DNA of 64,000 nt from Myxococcota bacterium (GCA_039208735.1 JBCCQY010000025.1:4784-68783); one strand, 5' to 3'. Numbered from the stretch's first letter, positions 37,997-46,911 are shown. The notes: generated from the letters alone by a model not told the origin. A program made the numbers and translations.

Positions 37997-39360
37997 CAGG
38001 GCAGGACTCCCGGGTAACGGCGGCGCAGCGACAGCACGTACAGTCCGACAAATCCCGAGATCACGCCCCCACCCGCGAAGGAGGCCACCTCGAGGTACGC
38101 CGTGCGTCGTAGCGAGCCAGGTCGTCCGGTGACCAGCGCCGAGAGCCCTCCCAGGATTTCCACCCCGCCGACGATCCAGAGCATGAGGCCGAGCACCGCC
38201 GGCAATCCAAAGATCGGGCACCAGGACACGTTGAGGAACTGCAATGTCCCCATGAACAGGTTGACGATCCCGGAGGCCAGCTGCAGAATGCCGGCCCACC
38301 GCGCCACACTGCGAAGCTCGACCCAGGACGCATCCACCTCGTCGGGCTCGACCAAGGCTGCCTCGGCGAACGGCGCTGGGGGAGCCACCGAGGCAGGTGG
38401 GGGAACCCTCGGGAGCTTGGCCTTGGCCGGGGGCGGAGCGGGATCGGCGGCCGGGCTCGAGATGGCAGGGGCGGAGGCTCCCTCGCCTTCCCATTCCGCC
38501 ACCCGCAGTCGAATGTCGATGGGCGCGAGGCCACGCAGCACTTCGGCGAACGACGCTGCGTCGGGGAACCGGTCTTCAGGGCGCGTCTGCAGAGCACGTT
38601 CGATGATGGGAGCGAGCACCTGGGCATGCTCGGGTACGGCCGACGCGCGACCGTCCACGATGCGCTGCATGACGGCAAAGTCGGTATCGCCCGAATACGG
38701 CGGCTCCCCGGTGACCATCTCGTACAGCACCACGCCAAGTGAGAAGAGGTCGGACCGTGCATCGACGTTGGCGGGCGATTCGATCTGCTCCGGACTCATG
38801 TAGGCGGCGGTGCCCATCGCCCGAATCCCTTGGGTGCGGTCCAGCCCTCGCAACTTGGCGATGCCAAAGTCGATCACCTTGACGAGGGGCAGCTTTCCCG
38901 GTCGGTGCACGAGGAAGAGGTTGGCGGGCTTCAAGTCCCGATGCACCACCCCGGCTTGGTGGGCATGGCCCAGGGCCGACAGCGCCTGCAACAACAGCCC
39001 AGCTGCCACTTCGCTCGAGAGCGGACCGGCCTGCAATCGATTGGCGAGGTCCTCACCCTCGAGCAGGTCCATCACCAGACCCGCAATGCCTTCGCCACTG
39101 ACCACCTCGGTGACCCGGACCAGGCCGGGATGGTGCAGCTGAGCCAGGACCCGTCCCTCGTGAAGGAACCGCTCCCGAATGGACGGGTCCTCGGCAAACT
39201 CGGGGTTGAGGACCTTGATGGCATGGCGTGAACCCAGGCTCGTGTGGGTCGCCCGATACACCGTGGCCATGCCTCCGGTTCCCCGGATGGCGTCAATTTT
39301 GTAGTTACCAACCTGATCGCCCGCTCGAAGCACGCGCTCTCCCATCTCGCGAGCTTCCAT
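37996..39360 (-). CDS. Membrane-anchored Hanks-type Ser/Thr protein kinase
   Basis: GTGGMATVYRA...HAIK, HRDLKPANL, DFGIAK, Pro/Ala-rich linker, then 3-4 C-terminal TM segments. Confidence 0.92.
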   Translation of the reverse strand: MEAREMGERVLRAGDQVGNYKIDAIRGTGGMATVYRATHTSLGSRHAIKVLNPEFAEDPSIRERFLHEGRVLAQLHHPGLVRVTEVVSGEGIAGLVMDLLEGEDLANRLQAGPLSSEVAAGLLLQALSALGHAHQAGVVHRDLKPANLFLVHRPGKLPLVKVIDFGIAKLRGLDRTQGIRAMGTAAYMSPEQIESPANVDARSDLFSLGVVLYEMVTGEPPYSGDTDFAVMQRIVDGRASAVPEHAQVLAPIIERALQTRPEDRFPDAASFAEVLRGLAPIDIRLRVAEWEGEGASAPAISSPAADPAPPPAKAKLPRVPPPASVAPPAPFAEAALVEPDEVDASWVELRSVARWAGILQLASGIVNLFMGTLQFLNVSWCPIFGLPAVLGLMLWIVGGVEILGGLSALVTGRPGSLRRTAYLEVASFAGGGVISGFVGLYVLSLRRRYPGVLP

Positions 39361-39440
39361 AAGCCTGCGGGTTCGCCCTGTCCTGATCTCGCGGTCAGAT
39401 GGGCTTGGGCGGGCCTCTCCCGCGGTGATAGGGCGCGGGC

Positions 39441-40301
39441 ATGAGTCAGGAACCGACCGGCGTGCTCGTCCGCGCCCTGCTCGATGAAGGTGCGGTACGC
39501 CTCGTCCTCGTCGAAGCGACGGCGCCCGCCCGCCATACCCGAACGGCCCACAAGCTGTCTGCCGATGCCGCTCGACTTGGAGCCGAGGCGGTGGTCGCGG
39601 CGGCCCTAAACGCGGCCCACATCAAGGGCGAGGAGCAACTGACCCTGCAGCTACAGGCGGAGTCACCCAAAGCTTCGTTCTACGCCGATATCGTAGCCGA
39701 TGGAGCATTGAGGGTCCGTGTGACCCCCCCCGATTTGACGCTCGAGGGGGGCCGCCTGACCGGCCAACTCCTGGTGATCAAGTCGCTTGGGCGCCAAGAA
39801 CTGTACCGTGGCATCAGTGCGGTGCCCGATTCGACGATCGAGCAGGCGCTGGCCACTCATCTCGAGACGTCTGCACAGGTTCACGACGTGCTGCGCATCG
39901 GCGTTCGACAAAGCGCCGATGGAGAGATCCTGCAGGCTGGAGGTCTGCTCATTGAACGACTCCCCGAAGAGCCTGACCATCCCTCGCTTTCGGCAGAGGA
40001 GTTCGAGCAGCGCTACGCGTGGGTCCGTGAAGCCGACATCGCGAAGCTCCTGACCCAGCTTGCGTTTGGCAGCCTTGGGGAACAGGCGTTGAAGGTGCTC
40101 GACAGTCGACCGTTGGTGTGGCGGTGCCGTTGCTCCAGAGAGCGGGTGGAGGCCATCTTGGCTGGCCTCGGCATTGGTGAGCTGTCGGACATGGCCCAAA
40201 CCGATGGCCAAGCCGAGGTCAGCTGCGACTTCTGCAACACCACCTACCGGTTCGATGAAGCCGATTTGAACGGGCTCATCGCGAGTCTCCGTCAGAGCTA
40301 G
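39441..40301 (+). CDS. hslO: Hsp33 redox-regulated chaperone
   Basis: C-terminal zinc centre CRCSRERV...CDFCNTTYRF, plus typical length. Confidence 0.9.
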   Translation: MSQEPTGVLVRALLDEGAVRLVLVEATAPARHTRTAHKLSADAARLGAEAVVAAALNAAHIKGEEQLTLQLQAESPKASFYADIVADGALRVRVTPPDLTLEGGRLTGQLLVIKSLGRQELYRGISAVPDSTIEQALATHLETSAQVHDVLRIGVRQSADGEILQAGGLLIERLPEEPDHPSLSAEEFEQRYAWVREADIAKLLTQLAFGSLGEQALKVLDSRPLVWRCRCSRERVEAILAGLGIGELSDMAQTDGQAEVSCDFCNTTYRFDEADLNGLIASLRQS

Positions 40302-40960
40302 ACGCCGGCCAGGTAGACCTCGGCCGGGAAGGCCGTAGCCAAGAGACGCTCGGTGGACACGTCGACCCAAAAAGCCCAGTCCTTGCCGGCAACGGTGGCG
40401 CGTACCGCGACCAGTTGCCCGGCGGGGACGTCACGTAGCGCGTCGAGGATCACCGAAGCGGTCGTGGCGAGTTGTGCGTCGTGCTCGGCCTGAGCTCGGG
40501 CACGATGCGACTGCCAGACGGCTCGCGCGACCGCCGCTTGCACGGGCGCCGAAAAGACGACGGTGGCCCCGGGGATGGCGGTCGAGAGAATGCGCGCAAC
40601 GGCCCCTGCCCCACCGGGTGAGGTGGTCTCGCTGGACTGCGTGGCCTCGACACGAGTGCGGGGCACCTCATCGATGGTGGGCGTGCGAGGAGGCAAAGAG
40701 GTGGCCGCGGTTTGCGCCTGGGCTTCAGCCACCTTTCGTTGTTTGCGGGCCTCGCGTTCCCGTTCGAGGGCCTGCTTCGCCGTGAGTTTGGGTCCGGTGG
40801 GCGCGTCGTCTAGCGACGGTGCGGGAGTGGTTTGGAGCTTTTGCTTGGCCTCTTCGGCGAGCCGGCGGGCCAGGTCTCGGGGATCCTCTCCCTGGGATTC
40901 CAGCTTAGCCTTCGCTTCTTCGGCCAAACGCCGGGCCAGCTCCCGTGGGTCTTCAGCCAT
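40298..40960 (-). CDS. Hypothetical protein with N-terminal tandem repeat EDPR(E/D)LARRLAEEAK(A/Q)KL
   Basis: Start set to ATG 40960 (MAEDPRELARRL...). The two repeat copies start 22 residues (66 nt) apart, followed by a Lys/Glu/Ala coiled region and a ~100-aa C-terminal domain. No family recognised. Confidence 0.5.
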   Translation of the reverse strand: MAEDPRELARRLAEEAKAKLESQGEDPRDLARRLAEEAKQKLQTTPAPSLDDAPTGPKLTAKQALEREREARKQRKVAEAQAQTAATSLPPRTPTIDEVPRTRVEATQSSETTSPGGAGAVARILSTAIPGATVVFSAPVQAAVARAVWQSHRARAQAEHDAQLATTASVILDALRDVPAGQLVAVRATVAGKDWAFWVDVSTERLLATAFPAEVYLAGV

Positions 40961-41196
40961 CGTACCCCTCCGGGCAACTGCAACCCGCACACTGTAGGCC
41001 ACTGGTCCCACGGGCACCCGTCAATCGGTTGTCAACCGACTCTGGCCGTGGCACGTTGCCGAGCCGGGCCGATCGAGGCAATCACGCTGAGCTTCGACGC
41101 AGTGGCCCAAGAATCTCGTCGGCACTGGACCGCAACCAGTCCACGTGCGACGATGGCCGGACGTCTCGCGGAAAACGGAGGGGGAGCTTGCACGAG

Positions 41197-42600
41197 GTGT
41201 CGAAAGACCGTCAGCCGATCTCGCCGACTGTCGTGCTCGTGGTCGAGCCCGATGAACTCACGCGGCACCGCCTGAGGTCGGCCTTAGGTCGCGACGACCA
41301 GCTCGTTTTCGTTGCTGAATCACGCGACGATGGACTGTTGCTGGCCAAGACCCACGCTCCACGCATTGCGTTGGTGAGCCTCGAGCTGCCCGAAGGACGG
41401 GGCGTGCTCGAGGCATTCGGGGCCTGTTGTGACAGGGTTGTCGCCACGGGACGGGCCCCCAAAGTGGCCGAGGTGGTCGATGCGATGCGTCGTGGCGCCA
41501 CTGACGTCATCAGCGTGGTCGACGAAGCGGCGAGCGTGCAACGGGTCGTGGATCGGGTTTTGGGCGATGTCGACGCTGCATCGGCCTCCCCCGAAGGCCC
41601 CCTCCCCATCACGCCGACCACCACGGCCACGAGCGTGCAGCAGCTGCTCTCGCAGAGTCCGTCGATGATTCGGGTCTTCGACCAGGTGCAGGCCATCGCG
41701 CTCACCCACGAAGCGGCCTTCATCAAGGGCGAGGTGGGGTCGGGCCGTCAGCTCATCTGTCGGGCCATTCACGAAAAGAGCCCCCGTCGCGACCATCCCT
41801 TTGTGGTGGTGCATTGCGGGGCCTACCCCGATTCGCTCGACGAGATGCTGTTTGGCAGCGCACAGGGCCATCCGGGCGCCCTCGATGGGGCGGAGGGAGG
41901 CACGCTTTACCTCGACGAGGTGCACTGTGCGCCGCACCAAGTGCAAGCCCAGCTCCTGCGCTTCCTCGAAGACGGAACGTTTTGTCGTCCGCGTCGGCGT
42001 GAACCCATGGCGCGCGACGTTCGAGTGCTTGTGGCTTCCGATGCCGATCTTTCGGCGGAGGTGGACGCCGGTCGGTTTCGGCAGGACCTCTACTATCGTC
42101 TGCAGGGCTTCCCGATTCGCATTCCGCCGCTTCGTGAACGACCCGATGACATCCCGCTGCTCATCCATCACTTCATTGCGGAGATTGCCGGTAGCTACGG
42201 GCTGGATGCTCCGATCATCGACGCCGAGGTACTCCGCGCCGCAGTGGCGTTTTCGTGGCCGGGGAACGTGCGCCAGTTGCGTTCCTTGTGCGCCCAATGG
42301 GTGATCGCCTGCCCGGGCCAGCGCATCGACGCGGCCTTGCTGCCAAGGCCCCGGACCCCGCGTCGCCCGGAGCCCAAGGCGACGAGTCCCTTTGTCATCG
42401 ATGCCACACAGTCGTTGAAGGACAACACCCAGGCGGTCCTTCGAGAGATCGAGACGGCATATCTGCGTGAGATCTTGCAGCGTTGCCAGGGCCATCTCGG
42501 TCAAACCGCGACCGCGGCCGGCATCACGAGGCGGACACTCTACACGAAGATGCGGCAATATGGTCTTGAACAGCAGGACTTCCGACGCCCTCGTGCTTAG
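41197..42600 (+). CDS. NtrC-like regulator (receiver - AAA+ - Fis HTH) with degenerate receiver, Walker A and GAFTGA
   Basis: Start GTG 41197 (RBS GGAGGGGG). AAA+ core: GEVGSGRQ (Walker A Lys to Arg), FGSAQGHPGALDGAEGGTLYLDEV (no GAFTGA, shortened loop), Walker B DE present, PPLRERPDDIP, GNVRQL. HTH AAGITRRTLYTKMRQYGL. Receiver has ALVSLELPEG where the phospho-Asp is expected. Confidence 0.8.
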   Translation: MSKDRQPISPTVVLVVEPDELTRHRLRSALGRDDQLVFVAESRDDGLLLAKTHAPRIALVSLELPEGRGVLEAFGACCDRVVATGRAPKVAEVVDAMRRGATDVISVVDEAASVQRVVDRVLGDVDAASASPEGPLPITPTTTATSVQQLLSQSPSMIRVFDQVQAIALTHEAAFIKGEVGSGRQLICRAIHEKSPRRDHPFVVVHCGAYPDSLDEMLFGSAQGHPGALDGAEGGTLYLDEVHCAPHQVQAQLLRFLEDGTFCRPRRREPMARDVRVLVASDADLSAEVDAGRFRQDLYYRLQGFPIRIPPLRERPDDIPLLIHHFIAEIAGSYGLDAPIIDAEVLRAAVAFSWPGNVRQLRSLCAQWVIACPGQRIDAALLPRPRTPRRPEPKATSPFVIDATQSLKDNTQAVLREIETAYLREILQRCQGHLGQTATAAGITRRTLYTKMRQYGLEQQDFRRPRA

Positions 42601-42628
42601 GCGTCGCCCCACTTTCGGAGGGCTTTCC

Positions 42629-43804
42629 ATGCAGCGTTCGCTCTGGATTTCAGCTTTGTTCCTCGTGCCCTTTGGTGCGGGTTGCCAGTGCGGTAGCGAG
42701 ACCGGCCTCACGTTCGACTTCCCTGAACCCGACGTCGAGGTGATGAGCGACGATGCGCCCGAGCGGTTTGGACAGTGGGCGTCTGTCGATACGGCTCCGG
42801 ATGGGGTTCAGCTCACGATGAGCTACTTCGACCCTGACAATACAGCGGTGGCTTACGCGATTGGTATCGCCACGGCCGACGAGGATGGACTGGCCACGGT
42901 CGAGTGGCGTCACGAGCGCATCGACGGTTACCCGACGAGCGAACTGCAGGACAACTCCGATGACGTGGGTCGGTATACGAGCCAGCGAACGGCGCCCGAC
43001 GGAACGGTGTGGGTGGCCTACCACGACAACACCAACCAGCAGCTAAAGGTCGCCCATCGCTTGGGGCCGGGAACGTGGGAAGATCCCGTGGTCATCGAGG
43101 GGACCGGCGGTGAGTTCGCGAGCATGGCGCTCAATCCCGTGGGGCGCCCGATCATCGCCCACATCGACAGCGATGCTTCGGCCGTCAAAATCACCCGGTT
43201 GCTTGAGGATGGCTGGCGCACCGATGTCGTCTACGAAGGCCGGCCTCAAGATGCGCTCGATGAGCAAGGCAATCCCATCGTGCGTCCCGCGGGCCTGCTC
43301 CACACCCGGCTTATCGCACAGGACGGGGCGGAGACCATTGCCCTGTACAACGCGGCCCGACAGTCACTGGTGGTGCTCGAAGGCGGCGGCAACGAGTTCG
43401 AAGCCCGTGAGGTGGACCGCTCCGCCGACGTTGGACTGTGGCCCTCCCTGGAGCGTGCAGGTGACGATGTCGTGGTCGCCTACCACGACCGCGAGAACGA
43501 AGATCTCAAGCTCGCCACGCGGACCGGTGGCACCTGGTCGGTCGAAGTCGTCGACGAAGGGCAGCTCCGCGGAGCGGACACCGAGGTGTTCATTCGCGAT
43601 GGCGACGTCGCCATCGTCTACTTCGACGGCTTCGAAAACGATGCGCGGCTGGCGAGCCGACAGAATGGGACCTGGGCCTTGGACCGCATTGGGGCCGATG
43701 ACAACGCCGTCGGCTTCCACAACGAGGTGGTCCGCGCCGGCGGGAGGTTCTGGGCCGTGTCCTACAGCTACACCAACGGCGTACCCTACGTGAGGGCGCT
43801 GTAA
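42629..43804 (+). CDS. Lipoprotein with ~6 degenerate beta-propeller-like repeats
   Basis: Lipobox FGAGC. Repeated motif (V/I)AYHD..N..LK(V/L)A.R.G.W (VWVAYHDNTNQQLKVAHRLGPGTW; VVVAYHDRENEDLKLATRTGGTW; AIVYFDGFENDARLASRQNGTW). Confidence 0.6.
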   Translation: MQRSLWISALFLVPFGAGCQCGSETGLTFDFPEPDVEVMSDDAPERFGQWASVDTAPDGVQLTMSYFDPDNTAVAYAIGIATADEDGLATVEWRHERIDGYPTSELQDNSDDVGRYTSQRTAPDGTVWVAYHDNTNQQLKVAHRLGPGTWEDPVVIEGTGGEFASMALNPVGRPIIAHIDSDASAVKITRLLEDGWRTDVVYEGRPQDALDEQGNPIVRPAGLLHTRLIAQDGAETIALYNAARQSLVVLEGGGNEFEAREVDRSADVGLWPSLERAGDDVVVAYHDRENEDLKLATRTGGTWSVEVVDEGQLRGADTEVFIRDGDVAIVYFDGFENDARLASRQNGTWALDRIGADDNAVGFHNEVVRAGGRFWAVSYSYTNGVPYVRAL

Positions 43805-44313
43805 TGCTGGCCCTCTGGCTCGTGGCGGCGCAAGCCCAGACGCCTCTCGACGTCAACGCGGCAACCCTCGACCAGCTCGATGCGTTGCCCGGCATTGGGC
43901 CTGCGAAAGCTCGGGCACTCGTGTTGTGGCGTCAGGATCAAGGCCCATGCAAGGCCCTGTCTGATCTGGAAGCGGTGCCCGGATGGGGACCCGCCACGTT
44001 GGCCGCGCTGCGTCGTCGCATCGCCTGTGGAGCCGGGCAGGTCAAGCCTCAAAGCGCGACGACGTCACGCCGTGCGGTCCCTGAAGGACTCGCCCTGCAC
44101 AGCAACCGCATCGACATCAATGCGGCGGGACCCTATCGACTCGCGACTTTGCCGGGCATCTCATTGGCGCGGGCGCAGGACATCGTGGCCCATCGCAAGG
44201 CCCACGGGCCCTTCAAGAGCTGTAAGGAACTGGCCGTTTTGCCGGGGGTCGGAGCCGCGACAGTGGCCGTTCTTGATGAGCGTTGTACCGTCCAAGCGCG
44301 TCAAGCGCGCTGA
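43804..44313 (+). CDS. comEA: ComEA-like periplasmic DNA-binding protein with two tandem helix-hairpin-helix modules
   Basis: Signal MLALWLVAAQAQ. LDVNAATLDQLDALPGIGPAKARALV...LEAVPGWGPATLAAL, then again IDINAAGPYRLATLPGISLARAQDIV...LAVLPGVGAATVAVL. TAATG overlap with the upstream gene. Confidence 0.8.
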   Translation: MLALWLVAAQAQTPLDVNAATLDQLDALPGIGPAKARALVLWRQDQGPCKALSDLEAVPGWGPATLAALRRRIACGAGQVKPQSATTSRRAVPEGLALHSNRIDINAAGPYRLATLPGISLARAQDIVAHRKAHGPFKSCKELAVLPGVGAATVAVLDERCTVQARQAR

Positions 44314-44315
44314 AC

Positions 44316-45413
44316 CTACGGGAACGGCAGCTCGGGCATCAGCGATGGATCGATCATCTGCATGCCCATGTAGCCCAGGCCGAGTCCTCCACAGCCGACG
44401 GCCAGGATGGCGGTCAGGATGGCGACCCAGAGGCAGCCTCGGCGACAGCCTCCGGACTGGCTTTTCCCTTCATTGCCCGTGAATGCGGCCACGGGCTCAC
44501 CGTCGGCCTGGAACGCCGCTGCGGCCCCACGAAGGACGGCCGGGTCGACCTGGTTGTGGACATTCCAATTGGTGCGGGCCCGACTGGGATGGGGCTCGGT
44601 GCGCCCCTGTTGCCCCGACATCAGGTCGATGATCGTGGCCTCGGCATCGTCGAGGCCAATGCCGAGCCAGAGGCCTTGGCCGAACTTTACGTCGTGAACC
44701 GCGCGGTTGAGTGTGACATCGCCGGCAAACTGACCCGAGGTCAGGTCGAACGCATACACGGTTTTGCCAGCGACGACCGCAGCAACCGTTCCGTCGTCTG
44801 TGACCGCCAGGCGACCCACTAAGCCCTGCACCTGGAGCTGGTTGACGAGGGCTCGGCCATCGCCCGAAATCAGGTTTAGGGAGCGCCCAGCCGTGACCAC
44901 CCACTGACCCAGGGCCTGGGACCAACCGACTCCGCCGATGGAGCCCGAAAGCCGAGAACGACCCCAGGTTCCACCACTTCGAAGGTCGATGGCCGAGAAT
45001 TCTCCGCTGTCGGTGCCCACCCCCAAGCTCTGGCCGTCGGGACCGAAGCTCAGCGCGCTCGCACCAGGGTGGTCCAACCAGAAGGGCTGCCCGCCCGCGG
45101 GGATGACGGCAATTCCTCCTGGCGTGAGGATGGCGGCGGAACCGTCGGTTGCGATCGCGAGGCGACGCGCTCCGTCGCGGGTCACCACCTCTTCGAGCGG
45201 AGCCCCATCTTGGCGCGACCACCACTGAACCCGGCCCGATGCGTCGAGGGTCAACACCTCGTCGCCCACGAACCCGATTCCGACGAGCACGCCGTTGATG
45301 AGGGCGCGCCACGTGGGGGCGCCGTTGCCCCGATAGACGAGCAGCTCGGGACCGTCTCCACAGGCGACCCCGTCACCGTCAGGGGCCATCGCCAGGGGGC
45401 ACGGGGTCGTCAT
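44316..45413 (-). CDS. Hypothetical WD40/beta-propeller-like protein with C-terminal TM anchor
   Basis: Gly/Asp-rich repeats (LAIATDGSAAIL, LSFGPDGQSLGVGTDSG, LAVTDDGTVAAV). C-terminal CLWVAILTAILAVGCGGLGLGYMGM. Confidence 0.5.
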   Translation of the reverse strand: MTTPCPLAMAPDGDGVACGDGPELLVYRGNGAPTWRALINGVLVGIGFVGDEVLTLDASGRVQWWSRQDGAPLEEVVTRDGARRLAIATDGSAAILTPGGIAVIPAGGQPFWLDHPGASALSFGPDGQSLGVGTDSGEFSAIDLRSGGTWGRSRLSGSIGGVGWSQALGQWVVTAGRSLNLISGDGRALVNQLQVQGLVGRLAVTDDGTVAAVVAGKTVYAFDLTSGQFAGDVTLNRAVHDVKFGQGLWLGIGLDDAEATIIDLMSGQQGRTEPHPSRARTNWNVHNQVDPAVLRGAAAAFQADGEPVAAFTGNEGKSQSGGCRRGCLWVAILTAILAVGCGGLGLGYMGMQMIDPSLMPELPFP

Positions 45414-45416
45414 TCG

Positions 45417-46856
45417 TCACCTTCTCGAGAAGAAGTATGGGGGCGAATAGCTCGGATCACTCGGGCTGTCGCCGTCCGCCCCGGGCCGTTTCAACCGCTC
45501 TGGGGGCGTGTTGGGGGTTGCCGTCGACATCGCATTGACCAATGCGAGCGTCGCGGATGCAGTGCCCAGACGATCGAAGCCTACGCCCAATGAGCTCAAC
45601 AGGGGCTCAAGGATGGTGCTGACGTGTTGATTGGCGCGGGTCACCCTTGCCGATGGCGAAAGCGCACTCAACTCGTCGACCAACGCTTTGGGCGCTCGCG
45701 ATCGATAGTGGTCATCGACCTGGTGGGCACCCGGTTGTGCGTGGCCCGATCGTTCGGCGCGGACCCAAGCCAGCGTCACCACGGCCGGCCACTGCTTGAG
45801 GTCCGCGAGGGCTTTCACTTGCAAGCGAAGTGCGAGTCCGACTCCTCGCACCGGGTCGAGCGGACGCCACCATTGACGAGCCGCTTCACCCACGGCCAGG
45901 GCATAGACAAACAGCCCGGTGGCATGGGCCCGATCCGCAAGTTTGAGCAGCGCTACCGCGGTTCCTTGACGGTGGGAGGCCTGGATGAGCGCGGTGACCG
46001 CGGCGACAAGTTCGGAGGTCGCGTTCGCCTGCCCCTGTTGGGCCCAGAGTTCCCCCCGCGCCAGTCGGGCAAAGCCCAATGCATCCTCGGGGGCGTTGGC
46101 GGCGCTAAGGTGGGCCAGCGCCTCGTCGAAGGCCTGGGCGGCCTCTTCGTCTCTGCCTTGCAGGGCGCGCACCGTCCCGCGTGCGGTCAGGGCGCGGCCC
46201 AACAAATCCGGATCGGACAGCTCCGTGGCGAGGCTCATCGCACGCTCGGTCGCCTCGTTGGCCGCGTCTAAACGGCGTTCCGCCCGCGATACCTCGCCCA
46301 GGAAGAGCCAAGCCTGGATGAGCCCGACTTTGTCATCAAGCCGTTCGAGGCCCGCCAGGGCCTTGCGAATCGCGACCTCGGCATCCGATGGGGATGCTCC
46401 GGCTAAGGCGCATCGAGCCAGGGCCAATTGCGCGTCGACCTGCCCTCGAACGTCGCCGATGCGGGCCAGGGTGCGGTCGGCCTCCTCCAACGCGGTTTCG
46501 GCATCGTTACGGCGGCCCGTCCGGAGCCAGAGTTGAGCCTCGACGACGCGCGCGTGGGTGCGTCCGACGATCGCGGCTTGGTGAATCGCCCAATCGTCGC
46601 CAGCTGCTTCGATCGCTTCGTCGTAGCGGGCGATTGCGGAGGTGATTCGCGCCTCAGCCTCCGGCACCGCACCCTCGATCAGATCCACCTCAGCGAGCCC
46701 GCGCAGTGCGTCGCCTTCGCCGACGAGCAGCTCCGGCCCTCGGTATTGGCGCAGTGCCGCCTCGAAGTGCGACCGTGACTCCCGGGGGCGAGGGCCCACA
46801 AGCGTGCGTCGGCCGCTGTGTAAGTGCCGCCGGCCGGCGTCCAGTCGTTCGTCCAA
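45417..46856 (-). CDS. Hypothetical TPR-like helical-repeat protein
   Basis: Ala/Leu/Arg/Glu-rich helical repeats over about 300 aa. TTG start. Stop lies 3 nt before the downstream gene start. Confidence 0.5.
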   Translation of the reverse strand: MDERLDAGRRHLHSGRRTLVGPRPRESRSHFEAALRQYRGPELLVGEGDALRGLAEVDLIEGAVPEAEARITSAIARYDEAIEAAGDDWAIHQAAIVGRTHARVVEAQLWLRTGRRNDAETALEEADRTLARIGDVRGQVDAQLALARCALAGASPSDAEVAIRKALAGLERLDDKVGLIQAWLFLGEVSRAERRLDAANEATERAMSLATELSDPDLLGRALTARGTVRALQGRDEEAAQAFDEALAHLSAANAPEDALGFARLARGELWAQQGQANATSELVAAVTALIQASHRQGTAVALLKLADRAHATGLFVYALAVGEAARQWWRPLDPVRGVGLALRLQVKALADLKQWPAVVTLAWVRAERSGHAQPGAHQVDDHYRSRAPKALVDELSALSPSARVTRANQHVSTILEPLLSSLGVGFDRLGTASATLALVNAMSTATPNTPPERLKRPGADGDSPSDPSYSPPYFFSRR

Positions 46857-46911
46857 AGCTTCTCCAGGTGGCCACTATGGTGCAGGATACGGGCGTCGCG
46901 GGGAGGGGCGG

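Noticed and set aside
41049-41059. TGGCACGTTGC upstream of the NtrC-like gene, as a possible sigma-54 promoter
   Set aside because: The GG and GC elements are only 1 nt apart instead of the required TGGCAC-N5-TTGC spacing. Using the upstream GG (41044-41045) gives a spacing two nt too long.
41431-41444. TGACAGGGTTGTCG inside the NtrC-like coding region, resembling the TGACA-N3-TGTC sites upstream of gspC
   Set aside because: The spacer is one nt longer. It is a single copy, intragenic and far from any promoter, so it is most likely a chance occurrence.
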